Shown in pieces: positions 33,945 through 41,588 of a stretch of 64,000 bases of DNA. The stretch's first letter is position 1; every line of letters starts with the position of its first letter. Below the pieces are notes generated by a model. It did not search any database, had not been told where the DNA came from, and was given only the letters and a program-made list of their open reading frames with translations. Source of the DNA: Thermoleophilia bacterium (lineage in GTDB: Bacteria; Actinomycetota; Thermoleophilia; RBG-16-64-13); assembly GCA_026415615.1 (NCBI GenBank), contig JAOAGT010000002.1, positions 448,545 to 512,544 of the forward strand, read 5' to 3'. The position numbers were made by a program, and so were the translations under genes.

Positions 33945-34382
33945 CTAGTGCGCCCGGGTAAGGGGCGGCACGATAACAACTGGGCAGGGAGCGTGGTCGG
34001 CCACATGTCTGCTTACAGAGCCTAGCAACAATGAGGCTAGCGCTCCCTGCCCTCGTCTGCCTACTACCAACATCTCCGCCTCTTTGGCCTCTTCCACGAG
34101 CACTTCAGGGGGCCAACCGTTAATGGCTCGCCCCTCACGGGCCAAGGTGGGTTCGAGTTCTCTTACTCTCTCAAGGGCTTCGGCGACAACAGCCTCTGCT
34201 CCCTCCCTGATCACATCAAAAAGCCCGGCGGCTGTGAGGGCGTCTTGCTGGCCCAAGCTTGGACTCTCCCAGACGCAGATCACGCGCAGTAAGGCGTTTC
34301 GTATCTTGGCTTCCTCCACTGCAAACTCAAGAGCCACCCCCGATGCCTCAGAGCCATCTACGCCAACCAATATGAGCCCCAC
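33945..34382 (-). CDS. universal stress protein (UspA family)
   Basis: ILVGVDGSEAS...VVGRRGQGALASLLLGSVSRHVADHAPCPVVIV. Confidence 0.85.
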   Translation of the reverse strand: MGLILVGVDGSEASGVALEFAVEEAKIRNALLRVICVWESPSLGQQDALTAAGLFDVIREGAEAVVAEALERVRELEPTLAREGRAINGWPPEVLVEEAKEAEMLVVGRRGQGALASLLLGSVSRHVADHAPCPVVIVPPLTRAH

Positions 34383-34486
34383 CTTCAGCCTCCCGCCAAG
34401 TCTGGTCTTGTGCTAGTCGCGCGCAGTTCCCAAGCGGTGAATCTGCGCGAAAATAGGTTTGCGCGGAAATGGGTCTGCCTGAGTAA

Positions 34487-34912
34487 CTAGATGCCCTGCG
34501 ACAGCACTTCAACCACGCGGTTGGCGTCTTCTGCCGAGTCAAGCCCTACGTGAGCAACGAACCGTGTTCCTAGTGCCGCAGCGGAGAAGCCGCGCATGTT
34601 TATGCCTGCATCTGCCACCTTTTGCGCGATCTTAGACGCTACACCCGGTTCGTTTTGGCCCTCCACCCGAACCGAGTGAAGAGTAGAGGTTGCCGAGAAA
34701 CCCAGAGTAGTGGCGGCTCTAATTTCCCGGTCGCCGCGAATCGGGGTCACGAAAATCACACCTGTGCCAGGTTTCTCTGGCGCTCGCCGCACAATGATGA
34801 AATCCAAGTCAGCTCCTGCTGCAGCCAACCCTTGTAGAACTGCGGCTAGGGCTCCCGGTTTATCCTCAAGACTTGCAGCCCACACTTCTTCCTTTTCCAC
34901 CAGGAGTTCCAT
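34487..34912 (-). CDS. tandem ACT-domain protein
   Basis: Two ACT-like beta-alpha-beta-beta-alpha-beta units (LEDKPGALAAVLQGLAAAGADL; GQNEPGVASKIAQKVADAGINM). Confidence 0.65.
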   Translation of the reverse strand: MELLVEKEEVWAASLEDKPGALAAVLQGLAAAGADLDFIIVRRAPEKPGTGVIFVTPIRGDREIRAATTLGFSATSTLHSVRVEGQNEPGVASKIAQKVADAGINMRGFSAAALGTRFVAHVGLDSAEDANRVVEVLSQGI

Positions 34913-35106
34913 GAATTCCCCCTTCGTAACGTAAGAGCGCTTTCCCTAAGAGTAGGCTTGTTCGACGGCCTATGAGCCGCTCTCTTGTTGCGAAGTTACC
35001 CAGAATAAGCCTTGTCTAAGCCCCCTCGTCGTCCTTAAGTTGGCGGCAAGACCACGCACGAGAGCGCGTGGTGGGGAGGGCAGATCGCAGCAGGCGCGCG
35101 TGGCAT

Positions 35107-36336
35107 TTATGGGGTGGTCTGTGGGGCGGTCCCTGAGAGTTTCTTGGCCAGAGCCGGGAGACCTATGACGTCAAGCGTACGAATCTCTGAGCGGTTGGTT
35201 TCAAACAGAGTGGCAAAACCTGTGGGTAGCTCTCCGTTTCTCGCTAGGAGCAAAATGCCGTTGTCCTGCGCAAGACACGCGCTAGCTACCAAGGCATCGG
35301 CAAAGCTATCGCCACTCGCAATACAAGTGTGCGCGAAGCTCAACCCGTTCCGTGAGGCGTAACTCACTACGGCAGCGGCGGTGGTGAATGGGTCAGTCTC
35401 GTTAATAGTCTCCACAGTAGCAAGAGAGAGCTTGGTCTGTGTTCCCACTATGAGTGCCGATGTCACTCCAGCCTGGTCCAGAAATGAGGTTACCTGTGCA
35501 GGTAACTTGGCGTCGCGTCTGGTAAGAACCACAGGCCACTTGTGCGCGCCAGCGAGCGGGCCAACGGCGACCGCTTCAACAAAGTCATCCGAGGGGACAA
35601 CCACGACCCGAGCAATGGTCTCCAATTTGCCGGCTAGCGTCTGCGCTATAAGCACTGCGGTTTGGTAGGCGTCATCGCCAGTTATCGTGGTGACCTGGGG
35701 CTTGTCCAGTATTTCTCTTAGTCGAGAAGCGGTCGCTTTAGCCTTTGGAACTCCCACCAGGAAGACCTGGACTGGGTCAAGCCTCTTGAGCTCCGTCTCT
35801 AAATCACCGCGCAGCCCCGAGGGGGGCATCAGCAGCACGGGTCCCCCGTAAGCAGCTGCTAAGGGAGGGACGCAGATACCATGCTCGAAGCTCTCCCCAG
35901 AAACCAAGACTACGCTCGGCGCTCCTGTGGGGAAGTTTAGCCGCGAAACAGCTATGGCTGTGGCGTAGCGGTCTTCGCCAGCGGGGATGTTGTTTACTAT
36001 GAGAGGTTCAGTGGTAGTGGTGGTGGACGTCTCTTCTACATAAGGGGTCGTGCTAGGTACGGTGTAGGCTGTTTCCGTTGTATTGGAGGCAAACAACGGG
36101 AACACAAGTCGCTCCGCGGTGTAGTAGAGAGCGTATGCAATTGCCGCTATCACACCGAGAGAAAAAAGCCACTTAACAACTTGTGCTCCCACGCGGATGT
36201 AAGTGGTCCCGCCGAGCAAACCCAGGTGAACCCGGGGAAGACGCGCCCCGCAGTACCAGCAATACTTGCTTCCGCGAGTGTTGGTTCCACCGCACTCGCG
36301 ACACTCGATGCCCTGATCTTGCTTCTCAGCAGCCAC
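35107..36336 (-). CDS. cell wall binding repeat 2 (CWB2) protein with N-terminal cytoplasmic zinc ribbon and single TM
   Basis: CRECGG...CWYCGARL zinc ribbon. TM VIAAIAYALYYTA. Three CWB2-like repeats (DRYATAIAVSRLNF...; DDAYQTAVLIAQTL...; DPFTTAAAVVSYAS...). Confidence 0.7.
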   Translation of the reverse strand: MAAEKQDQGIECRECGGTNTRGSKYCWYCGARLPRVHLGLLGGTTYIRVGAQVVKWLFSLGVIAAIAYALYYTAERLVFPLFASNTTETAYTVPSTTPYVEETSTTTTTEPLIVNNIPAGEDRYATAIAVSRLNFPTGAPSVVLVSGESFEHGICVPPLAAAYGGPVLLMPPSGLRGDLETELKRLDPVQVFLVGVPKAKATASRLREILDKPQVTTITGDDAYQTAVLIAQTLAGKLETIARVVVVPSDDFVEAVAVGPLAGAHKWPVVLTRRDAKLPAQVTSFLDQAGVTSALIVGTQTKLSLATVETINETDPFTTAAAVVSYASRNGLSFAHTCIASGDSFADALVASACLAQDNGILLLARNGELPTGFATLFETNRSEIRTLDVIGLPALAKKLSGTAPQTTP

Positions 36337-36380
36337 GTTTCCCCCCGCTTGGCAGCTCCAATCTACTACATTAGCCCTAT

Positions 36381-37895
36381 TTAAAGCAGTAGGGATCTAG
36401 TCGGAAACTGGGGATCGCTGGTGGCGTTTAGACCGAGTCTGCGCAAGCCCGCCTCATCGCCTGCTGTGGGCATGTGAGTGGTATGAAACTCGCAGCCGGC
36501 GAGTTCTCTTAGGTGTCCCATGGCCAGCTGAGCTGCGGGATTGGTAGCCGCGCTTATCCCCAGAGCTATTAACGTTTCGTCGAGATCCAAACTTACGGAG
36601 TTCATCCGCAGGATGTCTTTTTTCATGTTGGCTATTGATTCAAGGACGTTGGGGGTAAGCAGAGGCAACTCGTCCGGAATATGGGAAAGATACTTGACGG
36701 CGTTCAGCACGGCTGCGGACGCGGCGTGCATCAAAGGAGAGTTCTTGCCGGTGACAATATGGCCGTCTGAAAGTTCGATGGCGGCGCCGCAGTATATCCC
36801 GTTGTTGCCCTTGCCTTTAGCTTCTGCCTCTTGAGCTGCCTGCCTTGCGGGCTGCACGACGCTGCGCTGACTCTCGTCAAGCCCAAGCTCTTTCATAAGA
36901 AGCAAGGCGCGCTCGGCATCTTCTTTTTCCACCAAACCCAGCGCATATTCGCATGCATAGCGGAAATAGCGACGGATAACCTCCTGCTCGGCGGCTCGGC
37001 ACACTACCTCCTCGTCAACAATGGCGAAACCGGCCCGGTTGACTCCCATATCCGTTGGAGAGCGGTATAAGGTTGGGGCGCCTATGCGCTCGAGGATCCG
37101 AGCCAGCAACGGGAAAGCCTCTATATCTCGATTGTAGTTCACGGCTTGCACCCCATAGGCCGCCAAGTGGAAGGGGTCGATCTGGTTGACGTCCCGTAGC
37201 TCCACCGTGGCGGCCTCATAAGCGACGTTTACTGGATGCTTAAGGGGAAGATTCCATATTGGAAAAGTTTCAAACTTGGCATACCCTGCTTTGTTCCCCC
37301 TGAGATTTTCGTGGTAAAGCTGCGAGAGACATGTGGCCAACTTGCCGCTGCCAGGGCCGGGTCCCACTACTACCACCACCGGGCGCTCGGTCGGAATGTA
37401 GCTGTTGGCCCCATACCCTTCCTCGCTCACGATCCGGTCCACGTCGGTTGGGTAGCCGCGAGTAGAAGCGTGGGTATACACGGGAATGCCACGGCGCTCA
37501 AGCCGAGACTTGAAAATCCGGGCCGAAGGCTGTCCGTCAAAACGTGTGATGACAACCGCACGAACCAACAATCCCCAGTCTTGTAGATCGTCAATGAGTT
37601 TAAGAGCGTCCAGATCGTAAGGAATGCCGAAATCCGCCCGTATCTTGCGACGTTCGATCGCTCCTGCGTAGATGCAAACGATGATCTCAGCCTGGTCTCG
37701 CAACAGCTGAAGCAGCCGGACTTTCACGTTTGGGTCGTAGCCGGGTAACACCCGCGCCGCGTGGTAGTCATAGGCCACCTTCCCCCCAAATTCAAGATAC
37801 AGTCGCCCCCCGGTCCGCTCGGCTCTCTCGATTATGGCTCGGCTCTGTTCCTCCAGATACTTCTCGTTATCAAAACCGATCTTCTTTTGCGCCAA
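36381..37895 (-). CDS. DUF1846/UPF0371 family protein
   Basis: N-terminus MAQKKIGFDNEKYLEEQSRAIIERA...LYLEFGGKVAYDYHAARVLPGYDPN characteristic of UPF0371. 504 aa. Confidence 0.75.
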   Translation of the reverse strand: MAQKKIGFDNEKYLEEQSRAIIERAERTGGRLYLEFGGKVAYDYHAARVLPGYDPNVKVRLLQLLRDQAEIIVCIYAGAIERRKIRADFGIPYDLDALKLIDDLQDWGLLVRAVVITRFDGQPSARIFKSRLERRGIPVYTHASTRGYPTDVDRIVSEEGYGANSYIPTERPVVVVVGPGPGSGKLATCLSQLYHENLRGNKAGYAKFETFPIWNLPLKHPVNVAYEAATVELRDVNQIDPFHLAAYGVQAVNYNRDIEAFPLLARILERIGAPTLYRSPTDMGVNRAGFAIVDEEVVCRAAEQEVIRRYFRYACEYALGLVEKEDAERALLLMKELGLDESQRSVVQPARQAAQEAEAKGKGNNGIYCGAAIELSDGHIVTGKNSPLMHAASAAVLNAVKYLSHIPDELPLLTPNVLESIANMKKDILRMNSVSLDLDETLIALGISAATNPAAQLAMGHLRELAGCEFHTTHMPTAGDEAGLRRLGLNATSDPQFPTRSLLL

Positions 37896-37928
37896 GGCTG
37901 TCTCCCCGTGCTCCTTTCCGCTCTGTCT

Positions 37929-38783
37929 TTAGAGGTCTTCTCGCCAGTTCCAGTCCCGGCCTCCTTTGAAAACATTGGCGTTCATCTCATTGCTGAGGTG
38001 CACAAGGTTGGCTTCGGGGAAACGCTCAGCCATAGCGTAGTAGAACCCTGCCACAGTGTCGTGTCTGGCAAGCTCTTCTTCGGTTGCGATTAAGTACTCG
38101 CGTGTGAAGTCGAGGGAGCTACGATCAAAAGGCATGCCAGGCTTCTGGTGCCCCGGAATGATTATCTCGGCACCCATCTTTTCTATCTTGTCGATTTCCT
38201 CTATCCACTGCTTGCGCTCTTCGGCGGTAAGCTCGCAGGTGAACGGGTGCGCCTGGTTGAAAAGCACGTCGCTCGCATAGAGCGTCTTCATGCAGGGAAT
38301 CCACACCATGGTGTTGTACTTCATGTCGCCCATAACGCGCGGGATGATCTCGATCCGTTCGCCTTCAAGCTCTAGGTAGTCTTGCTCAAGCGGCTCCACC
38401 GGGACGGTCTGCCGACACACGTTGTGGGAACCGATGATGCTTTCCCAGTGCTCGATCTTGCCGAAGAACTGCTTGTTTATGATGTTTGCCTCCGACGGAA
38501 CAGCAACAACTCTAGCTTTGGGGAAAGCTGCGGCTATGGTGCCTGCGCCAAAGTAGTGGTCTGGGTGGGCGTGGGTGAGATAGATTGTATGCAGGTTCTT
38601 GCCTGTCTCGAGAATCTCCGCAATAACTCTGTAAGCGTTGGAAAGAGTCCACTGGGCGTCGATTAGGATGGCGTCCCTCTCGCCCATTATGATAACCGAG
38701 GCAACTTCAAAGCCCTTCTCATCGCTGAATAGCACCTTGGCTGTGAGGGGGCTGGTGGCGACTCCGGCGTGTCTAATCTCCAT
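37929..38783 (-). CDS. MBL-fold metallo-hydrolase
   Basis: THAHPDHYFG zinc-binding motif. Approximately 280 aa. Confidence 0.8.
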   Translation of the reverse strand: MEIRHAGVATSPLTAKVLFSDEKGFEVASVIIMGERDAILIDAQWTLSNAYRVIAEILETGKNLHTIYLTHAHPDHYFGAGTIAAAFPKARVVAVPSEANIINKQFFGKIEHWESIIGSHNVCRQTVPVEPLEQDYLELEGERIEIIPRVMGDMKYNTMVWIPCMKTLYASDVLFNQAHPFTCELTAEERKQWIEEIDKIEKMGAEIIIPGHQKPGMPFDRSSLDFTREYLIATEEELARHDTVAGFYYAMAERFPEANLVHLSNEMNANVFKGGRDWNWREDL

Positions 38784-38855
38784 CGCGTGATCCTCCTTGA
38801 CTAGTGTTTCTCTCCGTTCTCACGTTCGGCGCGTGCTTAGTGTAGGGGTTACTTT

Positions 38856-39818
38856 TTAGACCGCTTCAATAGTGGAAGGCGGCTTGGGAGCAATGTTGTA
38901 CGTCACGCTGACCACTCCAGGCACTTCCTGCACGATCTCTCGAGCCAGGCGCTCAAGAACATCAAATGGCAGGCGGGTGGGAGTGGCCGTGCGGGCATCT
39001 ACACTGTCCCAACACCTCACTTCGATTTGCTGACCAAACTCCCGTTTGCCGTTGCGCATGCCCGTGACCCGATCCTCGTGCAGAATAGCCAGGTACTGGA
39101 ATGCTCCGTACCCGGAGAGCATGCGCTCTACAATCTCGGTGGCTTGGCGAACGGTCTCTATTCGCTCGGGTGTGACCTCGCCAATAACTCGGGCAGCTAG
39201 AGCGGGACCTGGGAAGGGAATGCGTTCGAAAACTTCGGGTGGTAACCCAAGAGCTTCCCCGACCTTGCGCACCCCGTCCTTGCGCAGTTGGACCAGGGGC
39301 TCAATGATTTTGTATCCAAAAGCGGCTTCAGGGTCTATGCCAAGCTGCTCAAAAACGTTGTGTTGGCGTTTTATACCAGCCGCCGTTTCTTCCACGTCGG
39401 TTAGAATTGTGCCCTGCAGGAGGAACCTCGCTCCGCTTTCGCGCACGATGCGTCCAAATACGTCCCGGTAGAACGTTTGCGTGATGGCCTCGCGCTTGGC
39501 CTCGGGATCCGTAACGCCGCGCAGGGCATTGAAAAACTCCTCTCGGGCATCGACGAGCTCTACAGGTATGCCAAGATCTCGGAACAGGCCAACCACTTGC
39601 TCGGGCTCCCCGGCCCGCATGAGTCCGTTGTTAATGAAGACTGTGCGCAGCCGGTCTCCCAAGGCTCGATGACCTAGCATGGTCACGGTTGAGGAGTCAA
39701 CCCCTCCAGACAGGGCGTTGATGGCATGTCCGTCGCCAACCAGCTCCCTTATTTCTCTAACCTTTTCGTCGATAAAACGCTGTGGATCGAGCTCCGACGC
39801 CGGAATTTCCTTGATCAT
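38856..39818 (-). CDS. GMP synthase ATP-pyrophosphatase domain protein (GuaA C-terminal/archaeal subunit-B-like), standalone
   Basis: PP-loop ALSGGVDSST, VFINNGLMRAGE, LLQGTILTDVEE, C-terminal KPPSTIE. Start at MIKEIP (AAGGAGA ribosome-binding site). No glutamine amidotransferase domain or neighbouring gene. Confidence 0.75.
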   Translation of the reverse strand: MIKEIPASELDPQRFIDEKVREIRELVGDGHAINALSGGVDSSTVTMLGHRALGDRLRTVFINNGLMRAGEPEQVVGLFRDLGIPVELVDAREEFFNALRGVTDPEAKREAITQTFYRDVFGRIVRESGARFLLQGTILTDVEETAAGIKRQHNVFEQLGIDPEAAFGYKIIEPLVQLRKDGVRKVGEALGLPPEVFERIPFPGPALAARVIGEVTPERIETVRQATEIVERMLSGYGAFQYLAILHEDRVTGMRNGKREFGQQIEVRCWDSVDARTATPTRLPFDVLERLAREIVQEVPGVVSVTYNIAPKPPSTIEAV

Positions 39819-40143
39819 CCAGTTGTCTCCTTTAGCCTTCACATATGTGGTCTTGCGATCGGCCAAACCATAGGTCCTGATCAAGCTTCCATTATCCAGG
39901 ATTGGCTAGCTGTTTGAAGGCTCTTTTGTGACCGTAGTTGATCATCCAGTTAACGCGGGCGTACACTAGGCAAAGACCAGCCTGCGAAGGTGCAGAGCAA
40001 TCCAAGCGGTCTGCCGTGTCGAGCTCTTCTTGTCGTCTTGAGCTCTTCTATTGCCTGCCGGCGCGTAAGAATATCGACCGGCTGGTAGGGTTCCCGTAGT
40101 AAGATGGCCGGAGCTAAAAACACCGAAAGGAAGGTTCCAAGAG

Positions 40144-40554
40144 ATGCCGGTTGATGTAATTACCGCTGACACCCTCAACAAAGAGACCATTAAAGAAGCA
40201 CTGGACCCAGACTTTCCCAACGTCTTTGTTGACGAAGACGGGGATTTGGGGGTGAGGGACCTTTGCATCTGCTACCTGCTTCCGAACGTGGAGCAGAAGA
40301 GGCTGAGACTGCTCACTCTTTGGCATTTTAGGAAAGAGGTAGGGGAGCTCGAGAAGTATCTTTGCGCAAACCGCATAAATGTAGACTATGCCATCGTGCG
40401 GGCGGCTGTGGTGGGGAATAACCTTGCCATGACATACGATGTTTCTTTGGAGGGAGACGGAATATCTCGTCGGTCTCTGGTTCTTTTGATAAAGCGTTTC
40501 TGCTCTGCAGCCCTGGCTTCTGCCATGGAGTATGGGCAAGGTCTGCTTTCCTGA
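40144..40554 (+). CDS. hypothetical protein (136 aa)
   Basis: ORF with GAAAGGAAGG ribosome-binding site. No clear motif. Possibly YbjN-like. Confidence 0.35.
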   Translation: MPVDVITADTLNKETIKEALDPDFPNVFVDEDGDLGVRDLCICYLLPNVEQKRLRLLTLWHFRKEVGELEKYLCANRINVDYAIVRAAVVGNNLAMTYDVSLEGDGISRRSLVLLIKRFCSAALASAMEYGQGLLS

Positions 40555-40735
40555 GATAGACAGAGGGAAAGAGCTCATCTGGCCGGGTATAAGAGCCCGA
40601 GGGAGGTTTGAAAAGAAAGGGCGCTGCGTAGCCAAGAGAGCGGCGCCGGCAAAGAGGAGCGGCCCGCCGATGGCGGGCCGCTCCTCTTTGGTCTTAAGCC
40701 TTTTCCCGAGCCTCGGGACCGAAGGCTCCAGAGTT

Positions 40736-41587
40736 CTACTTGCTAAGCACAATGTCGCCCAGGTTGACAGACGTGAAAGTCCTTGCCTCTAGCACCTGGT
40801 CCTTGTAACCAGCCATTGAAACCGTGAGCTTGTACTTGGTATTGGCTGGCAGCCCGTCGAACTCAAAATCGCCGAAGCCGTCGGTGACTTTGGTTTGCTT
40901 GGCGCCAGTCGGATTCCCGTCCACATCAAGCTCCTCAAGCGTCACCGTCGCTCCCTTGGCGCACTCATCGGTGTCGCCAAGGACTACGCACCCGGCTATG
41001 AAGCTCTTGGGCAACCCGATATAGCGGACCTTCTCTTTTAGACCAAATTCGGGATGAAGCACCTCGGTCTGGCTTGAGGCAAGCAGTTTCGAGATGGCGC
41101 TGTTTGGATCATCCAGGTCGCCAAAGACAAGAGCTCCGGTGGGGCATGCCTCCACGCAGCGAGGCTCCTTCCACCCAGCATCCAGAAGGTGGGCACAGAA
41201 CGTGCATTTCTGGGGTAGCTGGGACTCCTCGTTCCAGAAGATCACCCTGTACGGGCAACGGTTAACGAGTTCCTTTTGGCCCTTGGCCTTGACGGGATCA
41301 ATGATCACTATGCCGTCGTCACGCTTGTAGACGGCGCCATCTCGCGAAGCCGCCACACAGGGGGCGTCATCGCAGTGCATGCAAGGGATGGCCGTATAGT
41401 CAACCTTGACCTTGGGGTACTGGCCCCGCTGGGTCTCAATGACGTTCATCCAAGTCTGCCCGGTCAGAGGCTGGGCCGCCGCATACGGGCTGTGATCATT
41501 GCCGCAATGCTCGTCCTTGCAGGCAATGAAGCAGTTGTAGCACCCAATACAGTGGGCGACGTCGATCACCATTCCGTACCTGGTCAT
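40736..41587 (-). CDS. molybdoenzyme Fe-S (4Fe-4S ferredoxin-type) small subunit with C-terminal Ig-like/carboxypeptidase-regulatory-like domain (BthL-like)
   Basis: CIGCYNCFIACKDEH, CMHCDDAPCVAAS, CPYRVIFWN, CTFCAHLLDAGWKEPRCVEACP cluster motifs. C-terminal beta domain GDFEFDGLPANTKYKLTVSMAGY. Confidence 0.85.
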   Translation of the reverse strand: MTRYGMVIDVAHCIGCYNCFIACKDEHCGNDHSPYAAAQPLTGQTWMNVIETQRGQYPKVKVDYTAIPCMHCDDAPCVAASRDGAVYKRDDGIVIIDPVKAKGQKELVNRCPYRVIFWNEESQLPQKCTFCAHLLDAGWKEPRCVEACPTGALVFGDLDDPNSAISKLLASSQTEVLHPEFGLKEKVRYIGLPKSFIAGCVVLGDTDECAKGATVTLEELDVDGNPTGAKQTKVTDGFGDFEFDGLPANTKYKLTVSMAGYKDQVLEARTFTSVNLGDIVLSK

Positions 41588-41588
41588 C

